Part shown: one piece after another, positions 12,361-25,802 of the stretch | Position numbering within the stretch: the stretch's first letter is position 1 | Layout: each line of letters begins with the position of its first letter | Assembly: GCA_030390025.1 (NCBI GenBank) | Contig: JASTWF010000495.1 | Span: 248,001 to 312,000 of the forward strand | Direction: 5' to 3' | Source: Squalus acanthias | Lineage: Eukaryota | DNA: 64,000 nucleotides | The notes under the pieces: generated by a model | What the model saw: the letters and a program-made list of their open reading frames with translations, nothing else | The model's database searches: none | Told to the model about the DNA's origin: nothing | Translations under genes and position numbers: made by a program

Positions 12361-12825
12361 TCGTACATAAACCTTACCCGCACCTCACCTGGGAGTGTTT
12401 GACACCTACATGTAGAGGGATTTTTATTCTGTATTGATCCCATGCTGTGCCTGAGCTGGTGCACTTCATTGGGTAGTGTAAAGGGAGCTGTACACTGCAC
12501 TGAACACATTCTGTATCTGAGTTGGCTGTGCTTGGTGAACTAATTTAGAGGGAGCTTTTCTCTATCTAACCCGTGCTCTGCGAGTGTTTGATGGGACAGT
12601 GTAGAGGGAGCTTCACTCTGTATTCAACCCGTGCTGTACCTGCCCTGGGACAGTTTGATGTGACTGTGTAGCGGGATCTTTTCACTCTATCTAACCCGTG
12701 CTCTACCTGATCTGAGAGTTATTGATGCAACAATGTAGAGGGAGCTTTACTCTTTATCTAACCCGTGCTGTACCTTCCCTGGGATTGTTTGATAGGACAG
12801 TGTTAGAGGGTTATTTACAGTATAC

Positions 12826-13653
12826 AGTATAACAAAAAAAATGTGTTGCATTTAAAACGAGAGAGAGAGCAAGCGAAAAAAAAATCTTTTTTTTTTAGGT
12901 CTTTTGGTTTTTGAAGTGATTTTCGGTTTAAATTTGGAACCGTGACGGAGTTGCTGCAGTTATATAAGGTATTGGTGAGACCGCATCTGGAATACTGCAT
13001 ACCGTTTTGGTGTCCATACTTAAGAAAAGACATACTTGCTCTCGAGGCAGTACAAAGAAGGTTCACTCGGTTAATCCCCGGGATGAGGGCGTGGACATAC
13101 GAGGAGAGGTTGAGTAGATTGGGACTCTACTCATTGGAGTTCAGAAGAATGAGAGGCGATCTTATTGAAACATATAAGATTGTGAAGGGGCTTGATCGGG
13201 TGGATGCGGTAAGGATGTTCCCAAGGATGGGTGAAACTAGAACTAGGGGGCATAATCTTAGAATAAGGGGCTGCTCTTTCAAAACTGAGATGAGGAGAAA
13301 CTTCTTCACTCAGAGGGTAGTAGAACTGTGGAATTTGCTGCCCCAGGAAGCTGTGGAAGCTACATCATTAAATAAATTTAAAACAGAAATAGACAGTTTC
13401 CTGGAAGTAAAGGGAATTAGGGGTTACGGGGAGCGGGCAGGAAATTGGACATGAGGCTGAGTTCGGATCGGTCGAGGCCCTGTGGGTGGCGTAGCGGGCC
13501 CAGGGGCTGAGTGGCCGGGTCCTGCTCCTACTTCTTGTGTTCTTTAGATTTGAGGTGAGGATCAGATCAGCCATGATCTTATTGAATGGCGGAGCAGGCT
13601 CGAAGGGCCGATTGGCCTACTCCTGCTCCTATTTCTTATGTTCTTATGTTCTT
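12826..13653 (+). mobile_element. Young short CR1-derived insertion, absent from duplication copy 2
   Basis: Open 170-aa CR1 ORF2 C-terminus and a (TTCTTATG)n tail; empty site at 63740-63755; possible TSD TATAC. Confidence 0.9.
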
Positions 13654-13964
13654 ATACCTAACCCGTGCTATAGCTGACCTGGGAGTATTTGATGGAACTG
13701 TATAGAGGGAGCTTTACTCTTTATCTAACCCGTGCTATAGCTGCCCTGCGAGTGTTTGATGGGACTGTGTACAGGGAACCTTACACTGTTCTAACCCTTG
13801 CTGTACCTGACCTGAGAATTTTTGATGGGACAGTGTAGACAGAAATCTACGCCGTATCTAACCTGTGCTATACCTGCACTGGGACTGTATGGTGGGACAG
13901 TGTAGAGGGAGCTTTACTCTGTAGCTAACCCGTGCTATACCCGACTTGGGAGTGTTTGATAGAA

Positions 13965-14395
13965 CCATAGAATAGTTACAGAACAGAGGAGGCCATTCAG
14001 CCCGTCGAGTCCGTGCCAGCTCTCTGCAAGAACACTTCAGCAAGCCCCACTCCCCTACCCTTTCTCCGGAGCACTGCAACATTTTCTTCCTTCAGGTACA
14101 TATCCAATTCCCTTTTGAAAGCCACGATTGAATTTGCCTCCATCACACTTTCAGGCAGTGCATTCCAGATCCTAATCCCGCCCGATCTCCATATCCCTTG
14201 ATTCCTCAAAATTCGATCAATCTCAACCTTGAATATACTCGAAGACTCAGCATCCACAGCCTTCTGGGGCAGAGAATTCAAAAGATTCACAACCCTCTGA
14301 GTGAAGAAATTCCTCCTCATCTCGGTCTTAAATGGCCTACCCCTTATCCTGAGACAATGCCCCCTAGTTCTAGACACTCCAGCCAGGGGACCTCA
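13965..14395 (-). mobile_element. Fused CR1 3' fragments
   Basis: RTRGH.LRIRGRPFKTEMRRNFFTQRVV joined to a second CR1-family tail. Confidence 0.8.
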
Positions 14396-15099
14396 TCCCT
14401 CTTTGTCGAGGGATACGTACACTATTCCTAACCCGTGCGATACGCAACTTGGAAGTGTTTGATGGGACAGTGTAGAGGGAGCTTTACTCTGATCTAACCC
14501 AGGCTGTACCTGACTTGGGAGTGTTTGATTTAGATGCTGCAGAGGGAACTTTACTTTGTATCTTACCCGTGCTATACCTCACCTGAGCGTGTATGTTGGT
14601 TCAGTGTAGAGGGATATTTACACTATACCTAACCTGTGCGATACCTGACTGGGGAGTGTTTCATGCGACTGTGTACAGGGTGCTTTACACTGTATCTAAC
14701 CCGTGCTGTACCTGACCTGGGAATTTTTGATGGGACAGTGTAGAGGGAGCGATACTCTGTATCTAACTTGTGCTATACCTGCCCTCAAATTGTTTGATGG
14801 GACAGTGTAGAGGGAGATATTCTCTGTATCTAACACATGCTGTACCTTCCCTGGGACTGTTTGATAGGACAGTGTACAGGGAACTTTACACTGTTCTAAC
14901 CCGTGCTATACCTGACCTGAGAATTTTTGATCGGACAGTGTAGACAGAAATTTACGCCATATCTAACCCATGCTTCACCTGTCCTGGGAGTATTTGATGG
15001 GACAGTGTAGAGGGATATTTACTCTGTATCTAACCTGTGCTATACCTGACCTGGGAGTGTTTGATGGGAGCTTTACTCTACATCTAACCTATGCTATGC

Positions 15100-17870
15100 A
15101 CAAGAAATAGGAGGAGGAGGAGGCCATTCGGCCCTTCGAGCCTGCTCCGCCATTTAATAAGATCATGGCTGATCTTCTACCTCATCTCCACTTTCCTGCC
15201 CTATCCCCATATCCCTTGATTCCCTTAATATTCAAAAATCTATGGATCTCTGTCTTGAATATACTCAACGACTGAGCCTCCACAGCCCTCTGGGGTAGAA
15301 AATTCCAAAGATTCACCAGCCTCTGAGTGAAGAAATTTCTCCTCATCTCAGTCCTAAATGGACGACCCCTTATTCTGAGACTGTGACCCCTGGTTCTAGA
15401 CTCCCCAGCCAGGGGAAACATCCTCCCTGCATCTACCCTGTCAAACCCTGTAAGAATTTTGTATGTTTCAATGAGATCACCTCTCATTCTTCTAAACTCT
15501 AGAGAATATAGGCCTAGTCTACTCCATCTCTCCTCATAGGAACGAACCTCCTATCCCAGGAACCAGTCTGGTGAACCTTCGTTGCACTCCCTCTATGGCA
15601 AGTATATCCTTCCTTGGGTAAGGAGACCAGAACTGTACACAATACTCCAGGTGTGGTCTCACCAGGGCCCAATATAATTGCAGTAAGACGTCTTTACTCT
15701 TATACTCAAATCCTCTTGTAATAAAGGCCAACATACTATTTGCTTTCCTAATTGCTTGCTGTACCTGCATGTTAACTTTCAGTGATTTGTGTACAAGGAC
15801 ACCCAGGTCCCTCTGAACACCAACATTTCCCAATCTCTCTCCATTTAAACAATATTCTGCTTTTTTATTTTTCCTACCAAAGTGGATAACTTCATATTTC
15901 TACACCTGATATTCCATTTACCATGTTCTTGCCCACTCACTTAGCCTGTCTATATCCCCTTGAAGCCTCCTTGCATCCTCCTCATAACTTACATTCCCAC
16001 CCAGCTTTGTATCATCAGCAAACTTGGATATATTACATATGGTCCCCTCATCCAAATCATTGATGTAGATTGTGAATAGCTGAGGCCCAAGCACTGATCC
16101 TTGCGGTACCCCACTAGTTACAGCCTGCCAACCCGAAAATTACCCGTTTATTCCTACTCTCTGTTTTCTGTCCGTTAACCAATCCTCAGTCCATGCTAGT
16201 ATATTACTCCCAATCCCATGAGCCCTAATTTTGTTTAATAATCTCTTGTGTGGCACCCTATCGAATGCCTTCTGAAAATCCAAATACACCACATCCACTG
16301 GTTCCCCCTTATCTATTCTGCTAGTTACAACCTCAAAAAATGCTAACAGATTTGTCAAACACGATTTCTCTTTCATAAATCCGTGTTGACTCTACCCAAT
16401 CCTATTATTATTTTCTAAGTGCCCTGTTACCACATCCTTAATAATAGATTCTAGCATTTTCCCTACTACTGATGTCAGGCTAACTGGTCTGTAGTTCCCT
16501 GTTTTCCCTCTCCCTCCTTTCTTAAATAGTGGGGTTACATTTGCTACCTTCCAATCTGCAGGAAACATTCCAGAATCTATAGAATTCTGGAAAATGACAA
16601 CCAATGCATCCACTATCTCTGTAGCCACCTCTTTCAAAACCCTAGGATGTAGGCCATCAGGTCCAGGGGATTTATCGGCTTTCAGTCCCATTAATTTCTC
16701 CAGTACTATTTTTTTACTAATACTAATTTCTTTCAGTTCCACATTCTCGCTAGCTCCTTGGTTCTCCTATTTCCGGGAAGTTTTTTGCATCATCTTCTGT
16801 AAAGACAGACACAAAGTATTGTTTAATTTCTTTGCCATTTCCTTATTCCCCATTATAACTTCTCCTGTCTCAGCCTGTAAGGGACCCACATTTACTTTCG
16901 CTAATCTTTTTCTTTTAACATACCTATAGAAGCTTTTACAGTCTGGTTTTATGTCTCTTGCTAGTTTACTCTCATTCTATTTTCCCTTTCTTTATCAATT
17001 TCTTGGTCCTCCTTTGCTAAATTCTAAAATCCTCCCAATCCTCAGGCTTACTATTCTTTTGGCAGCATTATAAGCATCTTCCTTTGATCTAATACTATCT
17101 TTAACTTCTCTTGTTGGCTACGGTTGGACCACTTTTCCTGTGGGGTTTTTGTGCCCTAAAGAAATGTGTATTTGATGTAAATTATGTATTAATTCTTTAA
17201 ATGCTAGCCATTGCTTGTCTACCGCCATACCTTTTAATGTAGTTTCCCAATCTACCGTAGCCAACTCGCCCCTCAAACCTACATAGTTTGCTTTGTTTAG
17301 ATTTAAGACCCTAGTTTCGGATTTAACTAAATCACTTTCAAACTCAATTTAAAATTCTATCATGTCATGGTCACTCTTCCCTGAAGGCCCCTTTACTACA
17401 AGGTTATTAATTAACCCTTTCTCATTGCACAATACTAGATCTAAAATAGCCTGTTCCCTAGTTGGTTCCTTAACATACTGATCTAGAAAACTATCTTGCA
17501 CACATTCCATTAATTCGTCCGCCACACTATTACTGCAAATTTGGTTTGCCCAGTCTGTATGTAGATTAAAGTCCCCCATGATCACTGTATTACCCTTGTT
17601 ACATGCGCCTCTAATTTCCTGATTTATACTCTGCCCTACATTATTATCAGGGCTACCCCTCCTCCTTTTCAATTTTGCCTATCTCTTCTAAAAGTGAAGT
17701 ATCCTGGAATATTTAGTTCCCAACCTTGGCCACTTTGTAGCCACGTCTCCGTTATGGCTATTAGATCACACCTGTTAATTTCTATCTGCGCTATTAATTC
17801 ATCTATTTTGTTGCGAATGCTTTGCACATTCAGATATAGTGCCTTTAGATTTGACATTTCTTTTTTTCCC
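15100..17870 (-). mobile_element. Long degenerate CR1 LINE ORF2 (APE endonuclease to RT to 3' UTR), internally deleted
   Basis: LKALYLNVQSIRNK..DLIAITETWL, MGDFN, SDH, SPGPDGLHPRVLKE, NYRPVSLTS, DVVYLDFQKAFD; many stops and frameshifts. Confidence 0.93.
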
Positions 17871-18524
17871 TGATGTCACCTTAGTCACTGATGCCTTATT
17901 ACCTTTGTTACTCTCTCTGTTCCTTCCTGACCCACTCTGCTTATTTTTACCCAAAACTCTGCTTTAGAGCCTTGATATTTCTCTTGCTGCTTTTAAATTT
18001 AATCTTTCCTGAATCCTCCCACCCCCGCTTCATTAGTTTAATGATGTAAAAGTGTTTAATGGGACCATGGAGAGGGAGCTTTACTCTGTATCTAACTCCT
18101 GCTATAGCTGACCTGTGAGTGTTTGATGGGACCATGGAGAGGGAGCTTTACTCTGTATCTAACTCCTGCTATACCTGACCTGTGAGTGTTTGATGGGACA
18201 GTGCAGAGGGAGCTTTACTCTATCTCGAACCCTTGCTGTACCTCCTGTGGGACTGTTTGATGGGACCGTGTAGAGGGAGCTTTACTTTGTATCCTAACTG
18301 TACTATATGTCACTTGCCAGTGCTAGTTGCGACAATGAAGAAGGAGCTTTACTCTGTATCTAACCTGTGCTATACCTCACCTGAGCGTGTATGATGGTAC
18401 AGTGTAGAGGGATAGTTACACTATACCTAACCTGTGCGATACCTGACTGGGGAGTGTTTGATGGGACAGTGTACAGGGAGCTTTACTCTGTATCTAACCC
18501 GTGCTGTACCTGCCCTGGGATTAC

Positions 18525-20490
18525 CTCGACTGGGAGGGGCTTGGGCTGCTTTGTGACATCGTACCTGGCTGCTGCTGTTATTGGCTTCTGGCTCCTTTGT
18601 GATGTCACCTGGAGACAGGTTTACGCCCCTGGTTACACACCATCAGTGGCATTTCACTGTGGGAGGAGATGGAGTTGGCAGCAGATATGGAGAGTGAGTT
18701 TAATCAATATAAATAAGGGTAAAGAAAGAAAAGAACAATTTAATAGTAAAATAAGTAATTCAACCAAATGTCATTAATTGCAAATATATTGAACTAATCA
18801 TAGTCACAAAAACAGTCCCACTGTATTCCAGTTACAGATTCTAGAATTATTAATCTTTTTTATATTACAAGTTTCTTGGAGTGAGCAATATCTCAGGAAG
18901 GTGGAGAGAGAGAAGTCGAATCATCACCACACTAACTGGGACTGGAGAAATGTCACTGGGTTCACAGAGCAGATCTGGTGGGACAAGACCTCCAGTGTCG
19001 GAGATGGGATAAAGCGGGAAGCTTCAACAATGATTGGAAAGGTAAGGAACTCGACTGAGAATCCCATCAGTCCAGGATTTTGTCAAGGTGAGAGTCTAAC
19101 CAGCTACTGGGAGCTGTTCAACATCTGCCATTAGGCTCACCCTTTGATGCAGCAAGTTGACCGGAGCTTAACTCGTATATAAACCTTGCCCAGACCTCAC
19201 CTGGGAGTGTTTGACACCTCCGTGTAGAGGGATTTTTATTCAGTATCAATCCCATGCTGTACCTGAGCTGGTGTGCTTCATTGGGTAGTGTAAAGGGAGC
19301 TGTACGCTGCATTGAACACATTCTGTATCTGAGGTGGCTGTGCTTGGTGAACCAATTGAGAGAGAGCTTTACTCTGTATCTCGCCTGTGCTGTACCTGCC
19401 CTGGGAGGAATGTTTGATGTGACAGTGTAGAGGGAGCTTTAACCCATTATAGCAAATGATTTCCTCTCCAATTATTGCTCCGATGGTCCCTGAATCTGAC
19501 ACCCCTGATGATATCACTGATTATTGCTGCTGACACCACTTCCTATTACAGGGTATAGACTGGTTTCAGAACAGAGAGGAGGTTGTAATATCCCTGCCGT
19601 ATCCCAAAACCATTGCCTGAAGCTGCCACTCACCGCCAAAGGAGGAGGGAGACACACTGCCTGATATAAAGAGAAGGGAGACTTTGAGGTGTATAATGCA
19701 AGAGGTGGACATGGGGGCCATTGAATAGTGGGTCCTCACAGTTTGAGGATGGGAGGGAGAATTCGTGAGGGGTAATTTTGGGAGTCTGTGCTCCCTGTGG
19801 CACCAGTGAACTCACCCCGGGGAGAAGCTGTTCGAATGCACCGTGTGCACGAAGCGGTTTAACTCCTCCAGTTTGTTGCAGCACCAGCGGATCCACACCG
19901 AGGAGGCCACTTGAGTTGTACTGTGTGTGAAATGCAATTTGACACATCTGGTTAGCTTCCACATCAGTGAATTAACACCAGACAGAAACTGTTGAATGGA
20001 CTGGATTCACAACTGTCCCTGTTTCATTGAGATTCACAGAGTGAAACCAACTATAAACACTTGAGGTTTCAGTAATTTGATGTTTAGAATGGTCTCCTTT
20101 GCTGCAGTAACTGTGCCAATGAAGTTGATTATATCACTGCTCACAATCTCACGGCACAATATCGCACTTTCCCCCGGAGAGTTACAGAAATAAGTGTCGG
20201 CTAAAAACATTGTATTTCCACAAGGGAGAGTGTAATTATAGGAACAGGAGTCGGCCACTTAGCCCCTCGAGCTGTTCCGCCATTCAGTGAGATCATGGCT
20301 GATCTGTGACCTAACTCCATATACCCTCCTTTGCCCCATATCCCTTCATACCGTTGGTTAACAAAAATCTATCAATCTCAGATTTAAAATTAACAATTGA
20401 CCTCATCAATTGCCGTTTGCGGAAGAGAGTTCCAAACTTCGACCACCCTTTGTGTGTAGAAGTGTTTGCTAACTTCGCTCCTTAAAGGCC
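18525..20490 (+). repeat. Older, more diverged local duplication: 18525-19440 resembles 11725-12615; 19350-20490 resembles 1-1230
   Basis: Shared ORF translations (MEREKSNHHHTNWDWRN at 12093 and 18901; AQTPKIT...LLLWR at 276 and 19630). Confidence 0.9.
19801..19905 (+). pseudogene. C2H2 zinc-finger remnant
   Basis: [34 protein letters not shown] with an in-frame stop. A third fragment lies at 50192-50260. Confidence 0.85.
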
Positions 20491-21396
20491 TGGCTCTAAT
20501 TTTGAGATTGTGCCCCGGAACACGATGGATATCCTGATCCTGGAGCGATTGAGCCCAGTTTGATACTTGACCTTCTTGTAGGCGTGGACAATTCACAAAC
20601 AAAGTCTGTGGTGTGAAGAGTGCAGGTCAATTCTGGCTCTAGATGAAAGGCAAATGGCACAGAATGAAAGACAGCTGCCATGTGGGAGAGAGAAAAAAAT
20701 ATATATAATAAATGAAATGAATGGAGAAAAAAAAGGAATAGGGGCCGAGGTTATGGTCTGAAATTGTTGAACTCTATGTTGAGTCCAGATGGCTGTAAAG
20801 TGCCTAATCGAAAGATGAGATGCTGTTCCTCGAGTTTACGTTGAGCTTCCTTGGAACAGTGTAAGAGGGTGAGGTCTGAGTGGGAGTGGAGCGGAGAATT
20901 AAACTGATAGGCGACCAGAAGCTCGGGGTCACCCTTACGGACTGACTATAAACAGTGTTGATCTCGGTGGAGAAAGTAATTGGGGTGGAGATGGGAAGGT
21001 GCTTCACAGGAGCGTTATCAAACAAAATTTGACAGCGAGCTACATAAGGAGATATTAGGAAAGATAACCAAAAGCTTTATCAAAGAGGTAGGTGAGAAAT
21101 AGGAGGGGGCGAAGGATAGATGCTTAGGGCACTCCAGAGGTAATGGTGCGGGAGCAGGAAGAGAAGCCATTGCAGGTGATTCATCTTCTCCGATCTCTCC
21201 ACGTTACTGAAGTCCCTCATCCCTGGTACTATTCCAGTAAATCTCCTCTGCACCCTCTCCAAGGCCTTGACATCCTTCCACGAGTGTGGTGCCCAGAATT
21301 AGACAATATACTCCAGCTGTGTCCTAACCAGTGTTTTATAAACGTTTAGCATAACGTCCTTGCTTTTGAACTCTTTGCCTCTATTTATTAAAAAAA

Positions 21397-22655
21397 GACT
21401 TGCAATACTGCGCCTTTCACGACCGCAGGACATCCCAAAGCGCTTTACAGCCAAATAAGTACTCCTCCAACATGATCCCCCCCACCAAACGCATCTTCCC
21501 CTCACCTCCGCATTCAGCATTCCGAAGGGATCGCTCCCTCCGCGACACTCTGGTTCACTCCTCAATCACTCCCAACAGCCCTTCCCCTTCTCCCGGCACC
21601 TTCCCGTGCAAGCGCAGGAGATGCAACACCTGCCCTTTTACCTCCTCCCTTCCCACTGTCCAGGGCCCCAAACACTCCTTCCAGGTGAAACAGCGATTTA
21701 CTTGTACTTCTTGCAATTTAATATACTGTATTCGCTGCTCACGATGCGGTCTCCTCTACATTGGGGAGACCAAACGCAGATTGGGTGACCGCTTTGCGGA
21801 ACACCTCCGTTCAGTCTGTAAGGGTGACCCCGAGCTTCCGGTCGCCTGTCACTTTAATTCTCCGCTTCACTCCCACTCTGACCTCACCATCCTCGGCCTC
21901 TTACACTGTTCCAATGAAGCTCAACGTAAGCTCGCGGAACAGCACCTCATCTTTCGATTCGGCACTTTACAGCCTTCTGGACTCAACATTGAGTTTAACA
22001 ATTTCAGACTATAACCCCTGCCCCCATTTTTCAGGCTGTATGATTCTGCCATCCCCATTTGCAACATTGAATCTCTCCTGCCTCCTACCCCCGCACAGAA
22101 TGTTCCTTCCTCCCCACCCCTCCCCCTTTCCCTGCCTCTGCCCCTGCTTAAAACCAGTTACATCTCCAGCCTTTTCCAGTTCTGAACCGTTAACTCTGTT
22201 TCTGTCTCCACGGATGCTGCCTGGCCTGCTGAGTGCTTCCAGCATTTTCTGTTGTTATTTAAGTACTTTTGAAGTGTGGTTGCTGTTATAATGTAAGGAA
22301 ACGTGGCAGCCAATATATGCACAGCAAGCTCCCACAAACAGCAATGTGATAATGACCAGATCATTTGTGTTTTTTAGTGATGTTGATTGAGGGATAAATA
22401 TTGGCCAGGACACCGGGGATAACTCCCCTGCTCTTCTTCGAAATAGTGCCATGGGATCTTTTACGTCCACCTGAGAGAGTAGACTCAGTTTAACGTCTCA
22501 TCCGAAGGACGGCACCTCCGACAGTGCAGCACTCCCTCAGCACTGCACTGGAGTGTCAGTCTCGATTTTTGTGCTCAAGTCCCTGGAGCGGGACTTAAAC
22601 CCACAACCTTCTGACTCAGCGGCGAGGGTGCTACCAACTGAGCCACAGCTGACAG
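21397..22655 (-). mobile_element. DeuSINE (SacSINE1/AmnSINE1-like) tRNA SINE split by the PLE insertion
   Basis: Head TGGCTCAGTTGGTAGC...GGTTTAAGTCCC; core GGATGAGACGTTAAAC...AAAGATCCCATGGCACTATTT...GGTGTCCTGGCCAATATTTATCCCTCAA recognised from memory; tail at 21397-21463. Confidence 0.75.
21464..22259 (+). mobile_element. Penelope-like element fragment (GIY-YIG endonuclease plus tail) inserted into a SINE
   Basis: NLIYCIRCSRCGLLYIGETKRRLGDRFAEH...GLN; 8-bp TSD TAAGTACT at 21456-21463 and 22260-22267. A second PLE fragment lies at 20740-20945 (minus). Confidence 0.9.
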
Positions 22656-23694
22656 TTAAGGGCTGGCTCGATGAGCACGAGGGAGAAAGGAATAGAAGGA
22701 TATGCTGATAGGGTTAGATGAAGAGTGGTGGGAGGAGGCTCGTGTGGAGTACAAATGCCGACATAGACCAGTTGGGCTGAAAGGCCTGTTCCTGTGATCC
22801 AGACTCTGTTCCCACTGTGAAATCTGTATAGAATTACACAATCAGTTTTCTCGCATCTCAGTTATTAAATACAAGCTGGAACACTCTTTGAACACTGGCT
22901 CACCTTCTCACTGGAGTGTCAGCCTAGATTTTAGTGCTAGAGTGGGACTTGAACCCACTGCCTTCTGACTGAGGGGCAAGGGTGCCCACTGAGCTGTGGC
23001 TGACTCTGTAAAACCCAGGAGCCCTTAGGCTTTTTTAAGCAGCCTTCTCAAATTGTCCTGCCACCTTCAGCGATTTGTGCAGATACACCCCCAGGTCTCT
23101 CTGTTCCTGCGCCTCCTTTAAAATGGTCCCATTTAGTTTATATGTGCCTCCCCTCAACCAAGTACCCAGACTGATTCACTTCCACATGGAAGTACTGGAA
23201 ATGACACACCCACCCAGATCTGTGGTGGGCCATCAAAGGCAGGAACCACTGCTTGGGGAGGTGGAGCTGGACAGGGTCTTGAAGGTTAATTGTGGTCAGC
23301 TTCCTGCATTCTAGGTCCTAATCTGAAATGCCGGGCTGGTATGGTACAAGGACATTGCGGTCCGGCTAAAGCCTTCTTTTGTGAAGACAGATGCAAAGTA
23401 CTCATTTAATCTTCTCCAATAATCCCCCGTGTGGCACCTTGTCAAAGGCTTTCCTAAAGTCCATGTGCACCACATTCACTGCATTTCCCCATCACCATGT
23501 CTGTCACCTCCCCAAAGAATGCTGTGAGCTTTGGCAAGCACGATCTTCCCTTTTGAAATCTGTGCTTGCAACTTATTTACTGTTATTATTTCCTCTTCCC
23601 CTGGATACCTGGTAGCTTCATCCTTAAAACACTCAATTTTCCCCAATACAGGTTCATTAGTTTTGAACTGAGGAGTGTGCAGACAGAGACAGTA

Positions 23695-24182
23695 AGTGGA
23701 GTACGGACCTCCTTTATTGAAGAAATTGCAGGAAAGACCATCAGCAGGAACAGATTCCCGTTTGCAAAGCACAAGCCCCCCGTCCCCACCCAAAAAAAAC
23801 CTCATGCACAGGTTCCCTGACCTCCCCCCGACGATAACCCCCCCAATACCCCCACCTGGAGACTCTGAGGGAGCAGACCCCCGCTCTACACACTCCCCTC
23901 GCAGTGAATGAATCGGCACTGAGTAAATCAGAATCCTGGAGTATGTGCAGAGTAAACAGAGCAGAGCAAAGCTCAAATCATCCGGCTCAAAGAGAGAAAT
24001 CCCAGACATTTAATAATCTGCAATTGCCACAATTCCTATTACAGAGTCACAGATGTGGAGCCGCCTTCAGTCACTCGCCGTCACCTCGATGAAATCACAA
24101 CCTTCCCGACCTCTCATCAACTCCTGCTGCTGATCTCGGGGAACTCAAGTCCCTTGAGTACCAGCCGGGACACGGGAGGCCA
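23695..24182 (-). other. Probable non-coding last exon (exon 8, 3' UTR) of the MHC-I gene
   Basis: Strong acceptor CTAATTCTCTTCCCCAG at 24183 with a branch-point-like CTAAT; AATAAA at 23713-23718 (minus strand) followed by TG/TC-rich sequence. The 3' end is approximate. Confidence 0.6.
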
Positions 24183-24214
24183 CTGGGGAAGAGAATTAGA
24201 TTGTTACATAGAAA

Positions 24215-25410
24215 GGAAAACCCATCAGACCCAGTAAACCCCCGCAAACACCAGCAGCAAAACTGTGCAGACAAACCACCCGCACAAACTCCAGCAGCAA
24301 AACCCAGCAGACCCCTCCACCCCACAAACACCAGCAGCACTTGCCTGGATGAGTGCAGCTCCAACAACACTCAAGAAGCTCGACACCATCAAGGACAAAG
24401 CAGCCCGCTTGATTGGCACCCCATCCACCACCTTAAACATTCACACCCTCCACCACCGGCGTACCGTGGCTGCAGTGTGTACCATCTACAAGATGCACTG
24501 CAGCAACTCACCAAGGCTTCTTCGGCAGCAACTCCCAAACCCGCAACCTCTTCCACCTAGAAGGACAAGGGCAGCAGGTGCATGGGAACACCACCACCTC
24601 CAAGTTCCCCTCCAAGTCACACCAACCTGACTTAAAAATATATCGCCAGTCATTCATCGTCGCTGGGTCAAAATCCTGGAACTCCCTACCTAACAGCACT
24701 GTGGGAGTACCTTCACCACGCGGACTGCAGCGGTTCAAGTAGGAGGCTCACCACCACCTTCTCAAGGGCAATTAGGGATGGGCAATAAATGCTGGCCTTG
24801 AGAGCGACGCACGCATGCCATAAAAAATAATTAAAAAAACCAGCAGACGCCTCACTCCAACAAACACCATCAAAACCCATCAGTGCCACCCAACAAACAC
24901 CAGAAAAAAACCATCAGACCCACCCCAAAACACGAGCAAAACCCATCAGACCCACCCCAAAACACCAACAAAATCCATCAGACCCACCCCGAAACACCAG
25001 CAAAACCCTTCAGACCCACACCCAAACACCATCAAAACCCATCAGACCCACACCCAAACACCAGCAAAACCCATCAGACCCACCCCAAAACACAAGCAAA
25101 ACCCATCAGACCCACACCACAAACACCAGCAAAACCCATCAGACCCACCCCACAAACACCAGCAAAACCCATCAGACCCACACCCAAACACCAGCAAAAT
25201 CCATCAGACCCACACCCAAACACCAGCAAATCCATCAGACCCACCCGAAACACCAGCAAAACCCATCAGACCCACACCCAAACACCATCAAACCCACACC
25301 CAAACACCATCAAAACCCATCAGACCCACACCACAAACACCAGCAAAACCCATCAGACCCACACCCAAACACCAGCAAAATCCATCAGACCCAACGCACA
25401 AACACCAGTA
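24215..25410 (+). repeat. ~33-bp C/A-rich minisatellite (AAACACCAGCAAAACCCATCAGACCCACACCC)n in MHC intron 7, interrupted by a LINE 3' fragment (24335-24830)
   Basis: Tandem repeat; the LINE peptide WMSAAPTTLKKLDTIKDKAARLIG is shared with 40290-40890, 42350-42760 and 49735-50191. Confidence 0.9.
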
Positions 25411-25755
25411 ATATTGAATCCTGGGGGAGCAACAACACTGGGAAATTCGACTCCCCTGAGGAAATCGATTATCTGACAGGAGGCCACATCCAGGGTGAGA
25501 GGTTTCTGGACACCTTTACCCCACTCCCCTCCCCCACAAGATATCTCCAGCCTCAGACCGTACAGGACCAGCCATCTCCAGAAGGCCCGTCTCAGTGCTG
25601 AATTTACGGCCCGGTCTTTAGGGACAAGACAGGGAGAGGCAGGCACTGTGCTCAGATTCCACCCTTGAGATTGTACAGTAAACACCTGCTGTAATAGCCC
25701 AGTTAGAAGGCCAGGGAAGGATCTGCTCACACTATTGATCAACACTTTTCATACC

Positions 25756-25802
25756 TCAGGCATTGGCGGAGGAGCTGCAGGAGGATTCCCCTTGATTAGA
25801 AG
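25756..25802 (-). CDS. MHC-I exon 7, Ser-rich tail TSNQGESSCSSSANA-stop
   Basis: Acceptor TTAACAG, in frame with exon 6; the TGA is followed 1 nt later by donor G|GTATGA. Lies beyond the N gap, so linkage to the upstream exons depends on the scaffold join. Confidence 0.78.

Larger units (their letters stand above)
558..13906 (+). repeat. Segmental duplication, copy 1
   Basis: Collinear and highly similar to 50192-64000; many near-identical ORF pairs in the track (2600/52228, 6452/56068, 10812/61601, 12116/62906). Confidence 0.97.
12360..18520 (+). repeat. Degenerate 67-bp satellite (TATCTAACCCGTGCTGTACCTGCCCTGGGAGTGTTTGATGGGACAGTGTAGAGGGAGCTTTACTCTG)n, interrupted by CR1 insertions
   Basis: Blocks at ~12360-12820, 13654-13965, 14425-15095 and 18045-18520; also 1-90, 19190-19440 and 63165-64000. 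Confidence 0.93.

Noticed and set aside
22575-22655. tRNA gene-like sequences here, at 22935-23005 and at 35805-35990
   Set aside because: They are SINE heads continuing into SINE bodies; no complete cloverleaf.
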